From: Octopus vulgaris
Lineage: Eukaryota
Reading direction: 5' to 3'
NCBI GenBank assembly: GCA_951406725.2
Contig: OX597838.1
Location: forward strand, 41,478,001-41,542,000
Length of the DNA: 64,000 nt
Below the pieces are notes generated by a model. It worked only from the letters and a program-made list of their open reading frames with translations. It did no database searches and was not told the origin of the DNA. Shown in pieces: positions 51,801 to 62,324 of this stretch (positions within the stretch are counted from its first letter, which is position 1; every line of letters begins with the position of its first letter). Position numbers and translations under genes: made by a program.

Positions 51801-53588
51801 GTGTATAGATTTGGGATAATGTACAAAAACAATATATTAGAAGAAATGAAATATATTTAAGTCTTACAAAGCCTTACTGTGGGTTAAATATGAATGTAAA
51901 TACATTCTTTCTCTACTATTAGTGTGTGCTAAAAAGACAGAGTGGTCAATAAACTATGAAATGGTATATAAAGAAACCTCCCTCACCTTCTTTTTTTTTC
52001 TGCATATCAGCAGCATAAAAAGAAAGCATTTACATTATTATTTGACCCACAGGCAGGCTTTGCTCTGCTTAAATTTATTCCAGTTCTGATTAAGCTGCTA
52101 TTTTACTTAAAAATAGATGTCATACATAGTTTATTTTGTATAATTTTTTAAGCTAATTAAGTTGAGAAAATGTTTAATTAATTTGGCAAAGCAGAAATGA
52201 TTCTGACCCTGTCGACTGCAGCATCAGTCCATACTCTTTACTCTTTTACTTGTTTCAGTCATTTGACTGCGGCCATGCTGGAGCACTGCCTTTAGTCGAG
52301 CAACTCGACCCCGGGACTTATTCTTTTGTAAGCCCAGTATTTATTCTATCGGTCTCTTTTGCCGAACCGCTAGGTAACAGGGACATAAACACACCAGCAT
52401 CAGTTGTCATGCAATGCTAGGGGGACAAACACAGACACACAAACACACACACACACACACAAACACACACATGCATATATATATACATATATACGACGGG
52501 CTTCTTTCAGTTTCCGTCTACCAAATCCACTCACAAGGCTTTGGTCGGCCCGAGGCTATAGTAGAAGACACTTACCCAAGGTGCCACGCAGTGGGACTGA
52601 ACCCGGGACCATGTGGTTGGTTAGCAAGCTACTTACCACACAGCCACTCCTGCGCCTATGTGGCTGTAAACAGAGGAGTTTAGCTCTGATGGAGAACAAT
52701 GTGTACTTCACCTGTTTATTTCATTTTTTATTGAATCCCTTGTCTCACTTTCTTTTCTCTTTCTGTCAGATAAACTATGTCGAAACGAAAAGCAACAAAT
52801 GGATTTTAATCATGAGTCTTTTTGCAACGGAGAACACTTGGTCTCATCAAAGACGGCAGCGCCGACAAAGACTGCGAGAAGAACAAAGGAAACTTGCCAA
52901 AGACGGCAACACTGACAAAGACTGTGAAGAGGCAACCCCTTCTGCCAACCCTACTATTACCTGTACTTCCTCTTCTTCTTCATCTTCTACCTCTGTCAAC
53001 ACGGACAGTAAAGTTTGCCGGCCAGGCTTGTCAACTGATGTAGCTGAATCGGTTGATGGCAGTGGACGTTGTGTCAGTGACTCTTGTGGCACTGGTGAAG
53101 AACCTGTGTCCAAAGAGTCTAAAGATGCTGCAGTTGAATCCATTGTTGAAGAGGAATCTTCTTATTCTTCATCAATTGAAAAAGCAACACCTTCTGCTAA
53201 AAGGAAGAGAGAATCAGAAAGTTATGAAGAGGAGGGGGAGACGACTGCAGCATCCGGTCCCAAAAGGGGTAGAAGAGGAGAGTTAGGGGTGAGTGTGGGT
53301 CAAGAGACTGAAGAGAGGGCAGAGAAAGAGGAACAGTGCAATGAGAAAAGGGACGTGCAACAGAAGACGGACGGTTGCAGCAATGCAGCAGATGTTCGTC
53401 GTTGCAGTTTGTCCGAGGAAAGTGAAAAGGACAAAACGAGTGAGGGCAAGGATTACCTGTTCCAGTGCTCCATGTTTGTGAAGAGGAAGCTCACCTACAT
53501 GCAGCTGGAGCTGGCATTGGTTGAAGGAGACGGCAGGGAAATGCTTCATCAGTTATTACAGTTTTTTAGAAATAAACTGTTGCCATGA
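37167..53588 (+). CDS. METTL16: METTL16 orthologue, RNA N6-adenosine methyltransferase (U6 snRNA m6A / SAM-synthetase mRNA); 7 coding exons, 606 aa
   Basis: The spliced translation has the METTL16 hallmarks: N-terminal MSLNKFMHPRN, LVPTIPLRLNYIHWIEDL, SAM motif GIDIGTGSCCIYPLLG, catalytic DFCMCNPPF, GGE, YTSMVGKK, TEFCQGKTMRWGLGWSF, and C-terminal VCR-like ENTWSHQRRQRR...LVEGDGREMLHQLLQFFRN. All six introns are GT-AG and phases join (322+141+253+70+90+126+819=1821 nt). Confidence 0.96.
39009..39149 (+). CDS. METTL16: METTL16 coding exon 2
   Basis: Acceptor tttcgcag; encodes (G)TGSCCIYPLLGHKLNGWKFLATELDEESAAKAIENVEKNNFQDSIT; donor A|GTAAAT. Not in the ORF track. Confidence 0.94.
39428..39942 (-). 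mobile_element. Non-autonomous Helitron in METTL16 intron 2
   Basis: Minus strand 5' TCTCTCTATATATAAG; 3' hairpin CCCGGGCAATGCCAGG then CTAG|T. Confidence 0.75.
41079..41520 (-). mobile_element. SINE family D with four or more diverged internal modules
   Basis: (CAT)n, family D tail, then repeated GGTGCTTTTTA(C/T)GTGCCAC. Confidence 0.8.
41628..41880 (+). CDS. METTL16: METTL16 coding exon 3 (catalytic NPPF motif)
   Basis: Poly-T acceptor tttttag; encodes (I)KKVSKLESLRSVVEETNQTYDFCMCNPPFYSN...TWGGEYQFVNQLIQDSLVLRHRV(R); donor AG|GTAAGT. Confidence 0.95.
43315..43530. repeat. Long inverted repeat (foldback) in METTL16 intron 3
   Basis: The arm 43315-43377 is the reverse complement of ~43468-43530; central palindrome CTTACAGCTGTTTC-T-GAAACAGCTGTAAG. 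Confidence 0.93.
45381..45800 (+). mobile_element. SINE family A in METTL16 intron 3
   Basis: Head, body and tail match family A. Confidence 0.85.
46332..46401 (+). CDS. METTL16: METTL16 coding exon 4
   Basis: Acceptor ctcatag; encodes (R)IYTSMVGKKQNMLALKYELKNLK; donor AAG|GTATTG; 70 nt. Confidence 0.92.
48405..48494 (+). CDS. METTL16: METTL16 coding exon 5
   Basis: Acceptor ttcctttag; encodes IPVFSSTEFCQGKTMRWGLGWSFDESVSFT; donor ACT|GTGAGT; 90 nt. Confidence 0.95.
49777..49902 (+). CDS. METTL16: METTL16 coding exon 6 (start of C-terminal VCR1/KA1-like region)
   Basis: Acceptor ctccttcag; encodes KSYFKTEKKKEKTPLALCIPTEIAIDFPTLCIHIKELLQELK; donor AAG|GTATTT; phase 0-0, open frame. Confidence 0.85.
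50393..50696 (-). mobile_element. SINE with family B head/body and a different 3' tail (tail-only copies 33034-33147, 16716-16818)
   Basis: About 50515-50696 matches family B; 50393-50510 is unrelated to the B tail and recurs elsewhere in the window. Confidence 0.82.
52232..52656 (-). mobile_element. Full-length SINE family A in METTL16 last intron
   Basis: Reverse complement of the family A consensus. Confidence 0.9.
52770..53588 (+). CDS. METTL16: METTL16 terminal coding exon (VCR1 Arg-rich helix, long acidic/Ser linker, VCR2)
   Basis: Acceptor ttttctctttctgtcag; in frame with ORF 52404..53588; encodes INYVETK...ENTWSHQRRQRRQRLREEQ...YLFQCSMFVKRKLTYMQLELALVEGDGREMLHQLLQFFRNKLLP*. Confidence 0.92.
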   Translation: MNYVETKSNKWILIMSLFATENTWSHQRRQRRQRLREEQRKLAKDGNTDKDCEEATPSANPTITCTSSSSSSSTSVNTDSKVCRPGLSTDVAESVDGSGRCVSDSCGTGEEPVSKESKDAAVESIVEEESSYSSSIEKATPSAKRKRESESYEEEGETTAASGPKRGRRGELGVSVGQETEERAEKEEQCNEKRDVQQKTDGCSNAADVRRCSLSEESEKDKTSEGKDYLFQCSMFVKRKLTYMQLELALVEGDGREMLHQLLQFFRNKLLP

Positions 53589-54463
53589 CAACGACAACGA
53601 GGTATTTTTGTTTTGTTTTCCATCTCCATTATGTCTGTTGTTGTTTTATTGATTTTTTTCGATTTTTTTTTTCCTCTTTCGTTCTTGTTTGCTTAATTAG
53701 TTTCGTTAACCAGTTTCGTTTCTATTTCACAACTGAATAATTGAGCAGACAACTATCCAAATAAATGGGTGCTGGGTGGTTAACGTGTTCACTTCACACC
53801 CTTGTGGTACTGGGTTCAATCCCAAAGCACGATCCCTTGGGTAAGTGTTTTCTATGATAGATTTTGGTTGAAAATTACTTTGGTTAAGAAGCTTGCATCC
53901 CAACCACGTGGTCTTGTGTTCAGTCCCACTGCCCAGCACCTTCGATAGGTATGTTCAACTATAGCTCCAGACTGACCAAAGCCTTGTGAGAGGATTTGGT
54001 AGATGGAAACTGAAAGAAGCCCATCAGGTGTGTGTGAGTGTGTGTACTCTTGCTATGATGTGATGGTTGTAAACAGGCATCCCTGTAATACAAGGGGTGT
54101 AATTCATTTCCAGTCTTCCACAGGGAAAAATTTTATCTTGTTTGGAGAGAGGTGAGGGTTGGCTACAGAAAGAGCATCCTGCTGTAAAAACTGTGCTTCA
54201 ACAGATTGTGTCTGACCCATGGACGTTACATGATGATGATGATGACAAAAATTAAAGAATAGAAGGTTCCAAGAGCTGACAGACTGTATGATGCTTGTGT
54301 AGGGACTGCAAAACTTCCTGATAGTGAGAAGTAGTCCCAGAATGCAGAAGACTTGTGAAGAGTGGAAATGAAGCAGGTTTGCTCTGTTGGATGAGCAAAA
54401 TGTCAATGTGCATGAATGACAGAACACAAATGGGTTGAGAGAAAATCAACACACATGCATAAT

Positions 54464-54507
<44 letters not shown>

Positions 54508-55872
54508 TGCTAAAAATGGTAAGATAACAAAAGATAACATTGACAGATATATATATATATTATATATATTAAATTAGAGATAAAACCACTATTAGGCAAA
54601 TCAAACAGTGAAAATCATAAGCCAATACATAGAAATAAAATTAATTAAAAAATTTATAAAAATATAAAATATAAAAATCCAATTAAAATATTTGAATTAA
54701 AGTTAAAATTTTTAAAAATCATTTCAATTAATAATTTAAACTTATAAATTATAAATATATATGTGTGTGTGTGTGTGTATATCTCCTTTTTAATTTGTTT
54801 AGGGTAAATGCATTCATAAAAGCTCCTATGCTTCTTCTAGTTGTCGGCTACAGCCTGTTACTGCCATCTTCCAAAGTTATATATATGGAACTCTCCCTAC
54901 AACTTTGGATAAATACAGTAATAATTGAAATGATTTGTGGATGGAAATTTTCATACTTTATTCCTGCCGTGTGACACGTCTCTGCATAGCACAGGTTCGT
55001 TTGCAACTGTGTTCTCACATCCATAGGATATTTTTAAATAATTTTTACAAAATATCGATGGATCTTGAGCATGTCTTTATTCCATGTCTGTGCTTCATCA
55101 GGCGTTTGACATTCATGGTTTTTGCTGGACCAAAGTTTACATTTAAAGACCTTTACCATTATACACCAGTCAGGAAGCTCTGTTAGATTTTTGGGTGGCG
55201 CTTGTGAATTGCCATAACTTATCAGGGAGAGAGAAATGTAGAAGAGTCAGAGGAGAAAATTGGGTGTTGCTTACCGTCCATTATGGCCGGCCGACAGGAA
55301 AAAGGAAGAAAGTCAGGTGAAGAAACCAATTAGGTTGGAATGAGGGATTCCGAACCCCTCCTCCTCCATGTCTGTCACAGAACCCCTCCTCCTCCTCCAC
55401 TCCATGTCTGTCACAAATGATTCGACAGACAGGAAAATAATAAAGAACAAAGTTTCATTTTGACATTATCAGTTCCGGAACAATAAGAGACCAGAGATGA
55501 CAAAGTTTACATTAAGAACAGTGAAATTGTCTTTTACTGCTTCCGGCTGCACTGCCAGGCACCGTCTTCTTAAACGGCTCCACTGTCTCTTCACAGTTTT
55601 TGTATTCCATTTATCGATAGTCACTATTTCCATTATTCTCATCAGTTTTTTTCCCAAAATATAGATTTCGGTTTCATGATATATTATTATACTTACACTT
55701 AGTAGGCTTAGGAGTTGTAACGGTATCTGTAATAATTACAATCAATTACGTTCATTTACGTTTGTAGTCACATTATTCTGTTTTAATATAGAAAATCAAA
55801 TCCATTTTTCTCAAGGATGCACAGTTTGAACCTTTCACTGATATACATACATACACACTCATTTATATATAT

Positions 55873-55907
<35 letters not shown>

Positions 55908-56864
55908 CTCAGACGCCATGATAGATTGTTAGCCACTACACACATTTTTTTCTCTCCTTGTTTTTTCTCTGTCCCTTTCTGTAGAAGAGCATAGGCTCGA
56001 AACGTAAAAGACTTTTTCTATTCCTGAGCGTTATACTAATACATCTGTTTGTTTTGTACACCACCTGTCTTCGTCTTTTGCTGTTTTTTTCGTAAACTCT
56101 CCCTATATATATGTATATAAATGGGTCTTTTACTTGTTCCAGTCATTGGACAGGTGCCACAGTGGAGGGTTTTGTCAAATAAATCGACCTCAGGGCTTGT
56201 TTTTAAAGTCTGGTTAATATTCCTTCAGTGTGTTTTTGCTAAGTTACTGACACTGGCTTTCAAGTGCTGCTGGGATACAAACACAAAGACACACACACAG
56301 CTATATACACGTGTGTCTGCGTACACTGAGCTTCTTCAGTTTCCATCTACCAAATCCACTCACGAAGGCTCTCATTGGCCTGACACTAGAGTAGAAGATA
56401 CTTGTCTTGGATAACATGCAATGGAACTGAACCTAGGATCGTATGATCACAAAAGAAACTTCTTACCACTCAGCCATGCCCATATATGTACATTAAATGA
56501 AAAGTCCTGTCGTTGATGTCTCCACCCACTCAATTAGTTGACCTTTGATGAATTCCTGTCATTGGTGACATCGTCATCATTTAACATCCACTTTCCATGA
56601 TGCCATGGGTTAAACAGTTTGACTGGAACTAGTAAGCTGCACCAGGTTCCACTTGTCTGATTTGCCATGGTTTTCTGTGGCTGGATGCCCTTCCTAACAC
56701 CAACCATTCTGAGAGTGTAATCAGTGGCTTTTATGTGCCACCGGCACAAGTGCTATTTACATGGCACCAGTAACAGCCAGGACTACAATTTCACAGCTGC
56801 TGTTTTACATAACACTGGCAATGGGCCCAACTACAGTTTCACTTGGTTTGATGAGTATTTTTCA

Positions 56865-59640
56865 AACACAGCGTATTGCCAAAGGTCTCTGTCGCTTGTC
56901 ATTACCTCCATAAAGCCCAACGTTTGTAGATCATGCTTCCTCACTTCGTCCCATCTCTTCCTTGGTCTACCTCTTCCACAGGTTCCCAACACAGAGATTG
57001 GCACTTCTTTACACGACTGTCCCCATCCATACACGTCACATGACCACACCAGTGCATTCATCCATATTGCACACCACATCTGATTCCTCTTATGCCCAGT
57101 TTTTCATTCAAGACACACTCTGTCGCTCATGCACACTGACATTGCACATCCAGCAAAGCATATTAGCTTCATTTCTTTCAGGCTTACGCATGTCCTCAGT
57201 AGTCATCACCCATGTTTCACTACCATGTAATATGGCTGTTCACACACAAACATCATACAGTCTGCCTTCCATTCTGAGGGAAGACAGACTGTATGATGTT
57301 ACCAACAAAAGTAGAAGCTCTCTAAACTTTGCCCAGCCTGTTCTTATTCTAGCAGCTATGCTCTCAGAGCATCCACCTCCACTGCTGACTGGGTCACCCA
57401 GATAACGAAAGCTATCAACTACTTCTACCTTTCCCACTTAGCATTTGATAGAGTTTATTCTCTTTACATTTCTAGCGTTTATTGTACCTGTGCATCTGCC
57501 ACACACACAAAGACTATTTTCTCTGTTAACCTTCCTCTGATATTGCTGCACCTCTTATGTGTCCATAGCTTGCACTGGGCACATCTCATGGACTTTCTGC
57601 CTATATCTTTTCTAGAGCAAGGCCATCTACCTGAAGGCATTTGTGACTTGTCCACTTGCCTTTAGTTTTTGCTAAATTAACTCTAAGGCCTTTAGATTCT
57701 GGACCTTGCTTCCACACTTAGAATTTCTTCTCTCGTTTTGATAGTGAATCAGCCATAAGAACAAGGTCATCAGCATAGACAAGGGGCAACCAGTCTTAGA
57801 TTCCTCAGTTATTGCCTGGAGGACTATGATGAACAAGAAGAGAACCCCCTACTTGTACCATGAATTCATTGCCTTACTAACAGCATCTCACCAACCACTC
57901 ATCTATCCCAAGATAAAGGAGTGGGGTACCTCTCAAAGACTTTCTCCATGTCAACAAAAGTTAAGTACAGAGGTTTATCTTTGGCTAGTAACTTCTCCTG
58001 CAGCTGTCTTACCAGAAATATAGCATCAGTGGTGCTTCTCTCTGGCACAAAACCAAACTGCATCTCATCTAGACTCTCTTCTTAATTAATTGGGCTATGA
58101 CCCTCTCTTTAACTTTCATCACCTGATCCAACAATTTGATACCTCTGTAATTATTCCTGTCTAAGGCATCACCTTTACCTTTGTCACAGTTGACTATGAT
58201 GCTGCTACACCAGTCATTGTGTATGACCCCCTAATGTACCACCTGTATGGGGAACTAGACCATAACCCACACTGCCAGATCTTTTAAGCATCTCAGCAGT
58301 GATTCCTGATGGGTCAGGATCTTCACATCCTTAACGGCTTTATCTACCAAGCTATTGTCTATTCAGATTCTCTCTCTCCCAATGAGTTCTCTACATTTAG
58401 CAGCCTTTCATAGTGGCACTTCCAAGCTTCTTTCTTTGCAGAGTCCCTCACTGGAAGTGGACCATCATTCATACAAACTCACTCCTCTCCCACAACATCA
58501 CAATTCTCCCTGGCACACTGCCTTGCAATCCAAAACACTTCAAGCTGCTGGCCCTCGTGCTGCAGAACATTGGCAAACTTCTTCCTTTCTGCTTCAGCCC
58601 AGGCTGAGTATACCTACTTCCTAACTTCATTTCTATTTGCTTGATATAGCTCCTTGCTACTGCCACCCTTCCAGTCCTTCCAAGCCTGTTTCTTTGCTCT
58701 AACGACCCTATCGACTACAGTTCCACCACCATGTCACTCTAGGTCTGGTTGGGACTTTGCACCACCCACAAATTTGCTCTGCAGCTCTCACTAAGTTGTC
58801 TTGTAGGAACTTCCAGTTATCCTCTATTTTGCAAGTCTGTAACTCCTCTTCTTTCTCATCAAATGCTTCAGTTCGGACATCTCTAAGGATTCTTAAGTTT
58901 CCAGATCCTTCTCTTCCAAACTGGCTTGCCTCTTGAAATCTTTTGTGTCTGCAGTTTGAAATCACTAATGAGTAACCTATACTGAGGGGTACATTCTTCA
59001 CCAGGGAAGGACTTTGCATTTATGAGCAACTGCGAATCCCGCTTTCTGATGAGAATGTAGATGTTCTGGCTAGCATGGTCACCAGATTTACAGGTTATCT
59101 GGTCACTGGCTGGTTTACTGAAGTTGGCATTGCAAATCATGAGGTCATTTGCATCACAGAACTCCAGCAACCTTCCTCATTTCAGAAGCCAATTCCGTGG
59201 CCCCCATGCACTCCATGGAAGATACCTAGGTGCTGCCCAACATGTCCATAGAAATCACCAGCCAGGAAGATAAAGTCACTGTCATTTATCTTTGAAGCGA
59301 CCTGCAAAAGAGGGTCATAAAAGTGGTCCTTTTGTTCATTTGGCAGGCACAGGCAGAGATAATTGTTTCTGTGCCATTCAGCAAAACTAGTCTGAGCTTA
59401 AGTACCCGTTTCTCTGCTAGAAGTATGCCAATGCCTCCTACCTCATTACAGTTGCACCTGTGGGGAACCTGATTGAAGCCCCCTTTCACTGAACTTCTCG
59501 GATACATCTCATCGTCTCCTTTCAAGCATCTCAACAATCTCACCAGACCAACTTTTCAATGTGCCAACATCGACCATACCAGCTTTGAGGGAAGCAGCAA
59601 GTAACATGGAGAGGGGAAACTGTCGCTTTCAGCATCTGAA
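56865..59640 (-). mobile_element. Near full-length decayed RTE-clade LINE (AP endonuclease + RT remnants)
   Basis: GGIGILLAEK, LEFCDANDLMICNANFSK, TWWWN, MQFGFVP..STTDAI, YADDL, VVDSFRYLGD, RGRPRKRWDEV; many stops and frameshifts. Confidence 0.9.
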
Positions 59641-60559
59641 AAGAAGGTTGTAATGAACGTTGGCCAACAAACATGTTGTAGCAGTTGTCCTTGCATATAA
59701 ACCACCATCATTTATGCTACCTCCTCTGGATGTGGGGTGTTATACTAGCGTTAGTATAAGCAATGTTAATATAGATACGAGTACATGTCTAGGCTAACTG
59801 GTTACCCTCAAAATGCCTGTAGTCTGAGTTTCAGGTCACCCCTGAGCTCTGGCATTTTGAATTATCAAAGATATTTGAATAAATTTTAATATATTAATTG
59901 AAAATTATTCACAAAAATGATTGTCTTAATATTTTATAAAGATTGTTTTGTGCGCAATATTATTAAAACGAATGTTTTGTGGCCGAAATCCAACTCAATT
60001 CAAGGGAGGTCACTCCTAAACAATCCTTGCGGAAATTCTGTTGCTTGAACGGGCTTTTTTTTCTCTTTTTTCAGTGAAAAAAAAGTTCATCGTTCAACAC
60101 ACGTTGGAAGTGTCTGAACATAGAGAAAACAAAGACGAGAACTGCATCACATCATCTGCTGTTTGAGTAAAGAGGGACAGCGAGAAGTTTAAGCTGGATG
60201 AATTAACGCCAGATATGTTGATATGCCTGACTTAGGGGCTTACTATCGAAAAGGAAGTCGAAGTTTGGAACTAGAATTCTTGCAGAGCTGGAACAAAACC
60301 AAGATGTAAGCCTACAGCAAGTGCCTGGAGAATGGGAAAGGATTGGCAAATTGAGACACAACACAGAGGAAATTGAATGTAAAAGATTGTTTCCAAGTAA
60401 AGCGAGTGCAAAATGGTGAGGAAATTTGTGAAGGTGAAAATCAGAAATACAGGTGTTAAAAGGAAACTGGACCCTGGAAGGGAGATATGACCATTAAAAA
60501 GAGAAAGAACTCGGAAATATGTCAGAAAGCAGGAAATAAGTAAATTGCAAAAGGTAGCA

Positions 60560-62078
60560 CGTGGTGTTATGGGAAAAACCATTTTTTACGGTGAATTCCT
60601 ATGTAATGTAACATTTTGAGGTGAAATGAAAAAAGGCAAAGATACATGTATTAAAAGATTCACTTAATCTATTTGACAGAGAAATCTATATTCAAAGTAT
60701 GGAATATGTCCATAAGTGTTTTGTGTGGAAGTATAAGTTGGTTCAGTGGAAGGTTTGACTGCAGCAGAGGAATGGAAACAAAAAATGGCAGTGAAACAGA
60801 ATGGAAGCCAAAACGAAAGAAACAATTGACCACGACAAAATGTAAACCTTGTTCAAAAGTAGATGCTCCATGGTCAAGACTACACATCGATTTCCCTGGT
60901 CCTTTAAAAGGGTTCTTCCTATTTAGTGGTAGTTGATAGTTTTTTTGAAATGGCCTGGAATTTGCAAGTGTAAAAAAAAACTAACCTGCTCAACTGTGAT
61001 AAATTTTTTAAACAAATTCTTTGCAAGCTTCGGCATCCCAGACAATGTCTGACAATGGAATGCAATTTGAGTCTAGCGAATTTTAAAAATTTTGTGAAAC
61101 ATTCATAGTAGAATATATAACTACAGTGCCATGCCATCCCAGATCTAATGGACAGGCAGAACGCTTTGTCGATACCTTCAAGAGATCCCTCAGAAAATCA
61201 AATAAGGAAGTCATGGATGAGGTGGCTGTACAGCAATTCTTAAGAGTGTACCTTGTGACACCAAATCCGAATACACCAGCAGAGCTTATGTTTGCAAGGA
61301 AAGTAGAATTGGTCCTTGATAAATTGTTACCTGGCAAGTAAAGAAAAAGTGCCAGGGAAGACATAGCAAGACATTGTTGAAAGTTGGTGCAAAGGTGTCT
61401 ATGAGGGCATACAAGAATGGAAGGCAGAGCTGGGGAGACGGCGTAATTACCAAAGGCATAGGTAAAATGATGTATTGGATAATAAGTGGAAAAGGTATAA
61501 AAAAAGAGACATAGGAACCAACCAAGAGATTCTTGGAAAGCGAACTAAAGAAGTTGGAGGAACCAATGGAATGGCTGTACAATATGTTCCAAGTCACTGC
61601 AGGGGATTGAACCCAGGCATACAAAGAAAATGCAAAGTTTCTGAAAATAGATGCCAAGCACAAAAAAAAATATATAATTGTATGAAAAAAAATCTCAAAA
61701 AAAGGGAGGTGGGGGGGGTGAATAAAAAAAATTATTACTAAATCAAATGGTACACCCCTCCCACGTGAGGAATGGAATAACCTGGTCACTATAAGTGAAG
61801 AGAAGTATGTGAAGTACCGGAGTACGGCGTAGGCGGTCAGGAATAGTTGAGTCTTTACTGGTCTTACTCTCTTTACTCTTTACTCTTTTACTTGTTTCAG
61901 TCATTTGACTGCGGCCATGCTGGAGCACCGCCTTTAGTCGAGCAACTCGACCCCGGGACTTATTCTTTTTGTAAGCCCAGTACTTATTCTATCGGTCTCT
62001 TTTTGCCGAACCGCTAAGTGACGGGGACGTAAACACACCAGCATCGGTTGTCAAGCAATGCTAGGGGAACAAACACAG

Positions 62079-62109
<31 letters not shown>

Positions 62110-62324
62110 CATATATACGACAGGCTTCTTTCAGTTTCCGTCTACCAAATCCACTCACAAGGCATTGGTCGGCCCGGGGCTATAGCAGAAGACACTTGCC
62201 CAAGATGCCACGCAGTGGGACTGAACCCGGAACCATGTGGTTGGTTAGCAAGCTACTTACCACACAGCCACTCCTGCGCCTAAGTGTATTACTAAGTATA
62301 TTGTATACTAAAGTGGACGTTACA
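60560..62324 (+). mobile_element. Gypsy-type LTR retrotransposon remnant (integrase, polypurine tract, probable 3' LTR interrupted by a SINE)
   Basis: PWSRLHIDFPGP...DNGMQF...PCHPRSNGQAERFVDTFKRSLRK...TPAELMF; purine tract AAAAAAAGGGAGG|TG at ~61697-61711; LTR extent (to ...GTTACA 62324) is tentative. Confidence 0.8.
61865..62280 (-). mobile_element. Full-length SINE family A
   Basis: Near-identical reverse complement of 11968-12421. Confidence 0.9.

Noticed and set aside
52404-52769. N-terminal part of the 394-aa ORF
   Set aside because: It is read-through of an antisense SINE A and intron; the true exon starts at the acceptor before 52770.
33000-53800. METTL16 autoregulation through its own UACAGAGAA site
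   Set aside because: By eye I found no full TACAGARAA consensus in a hairpin; TACAG at 37136 and 51421 and TACAGAGAT at ~34570 deviate. A computational scan would settle it.
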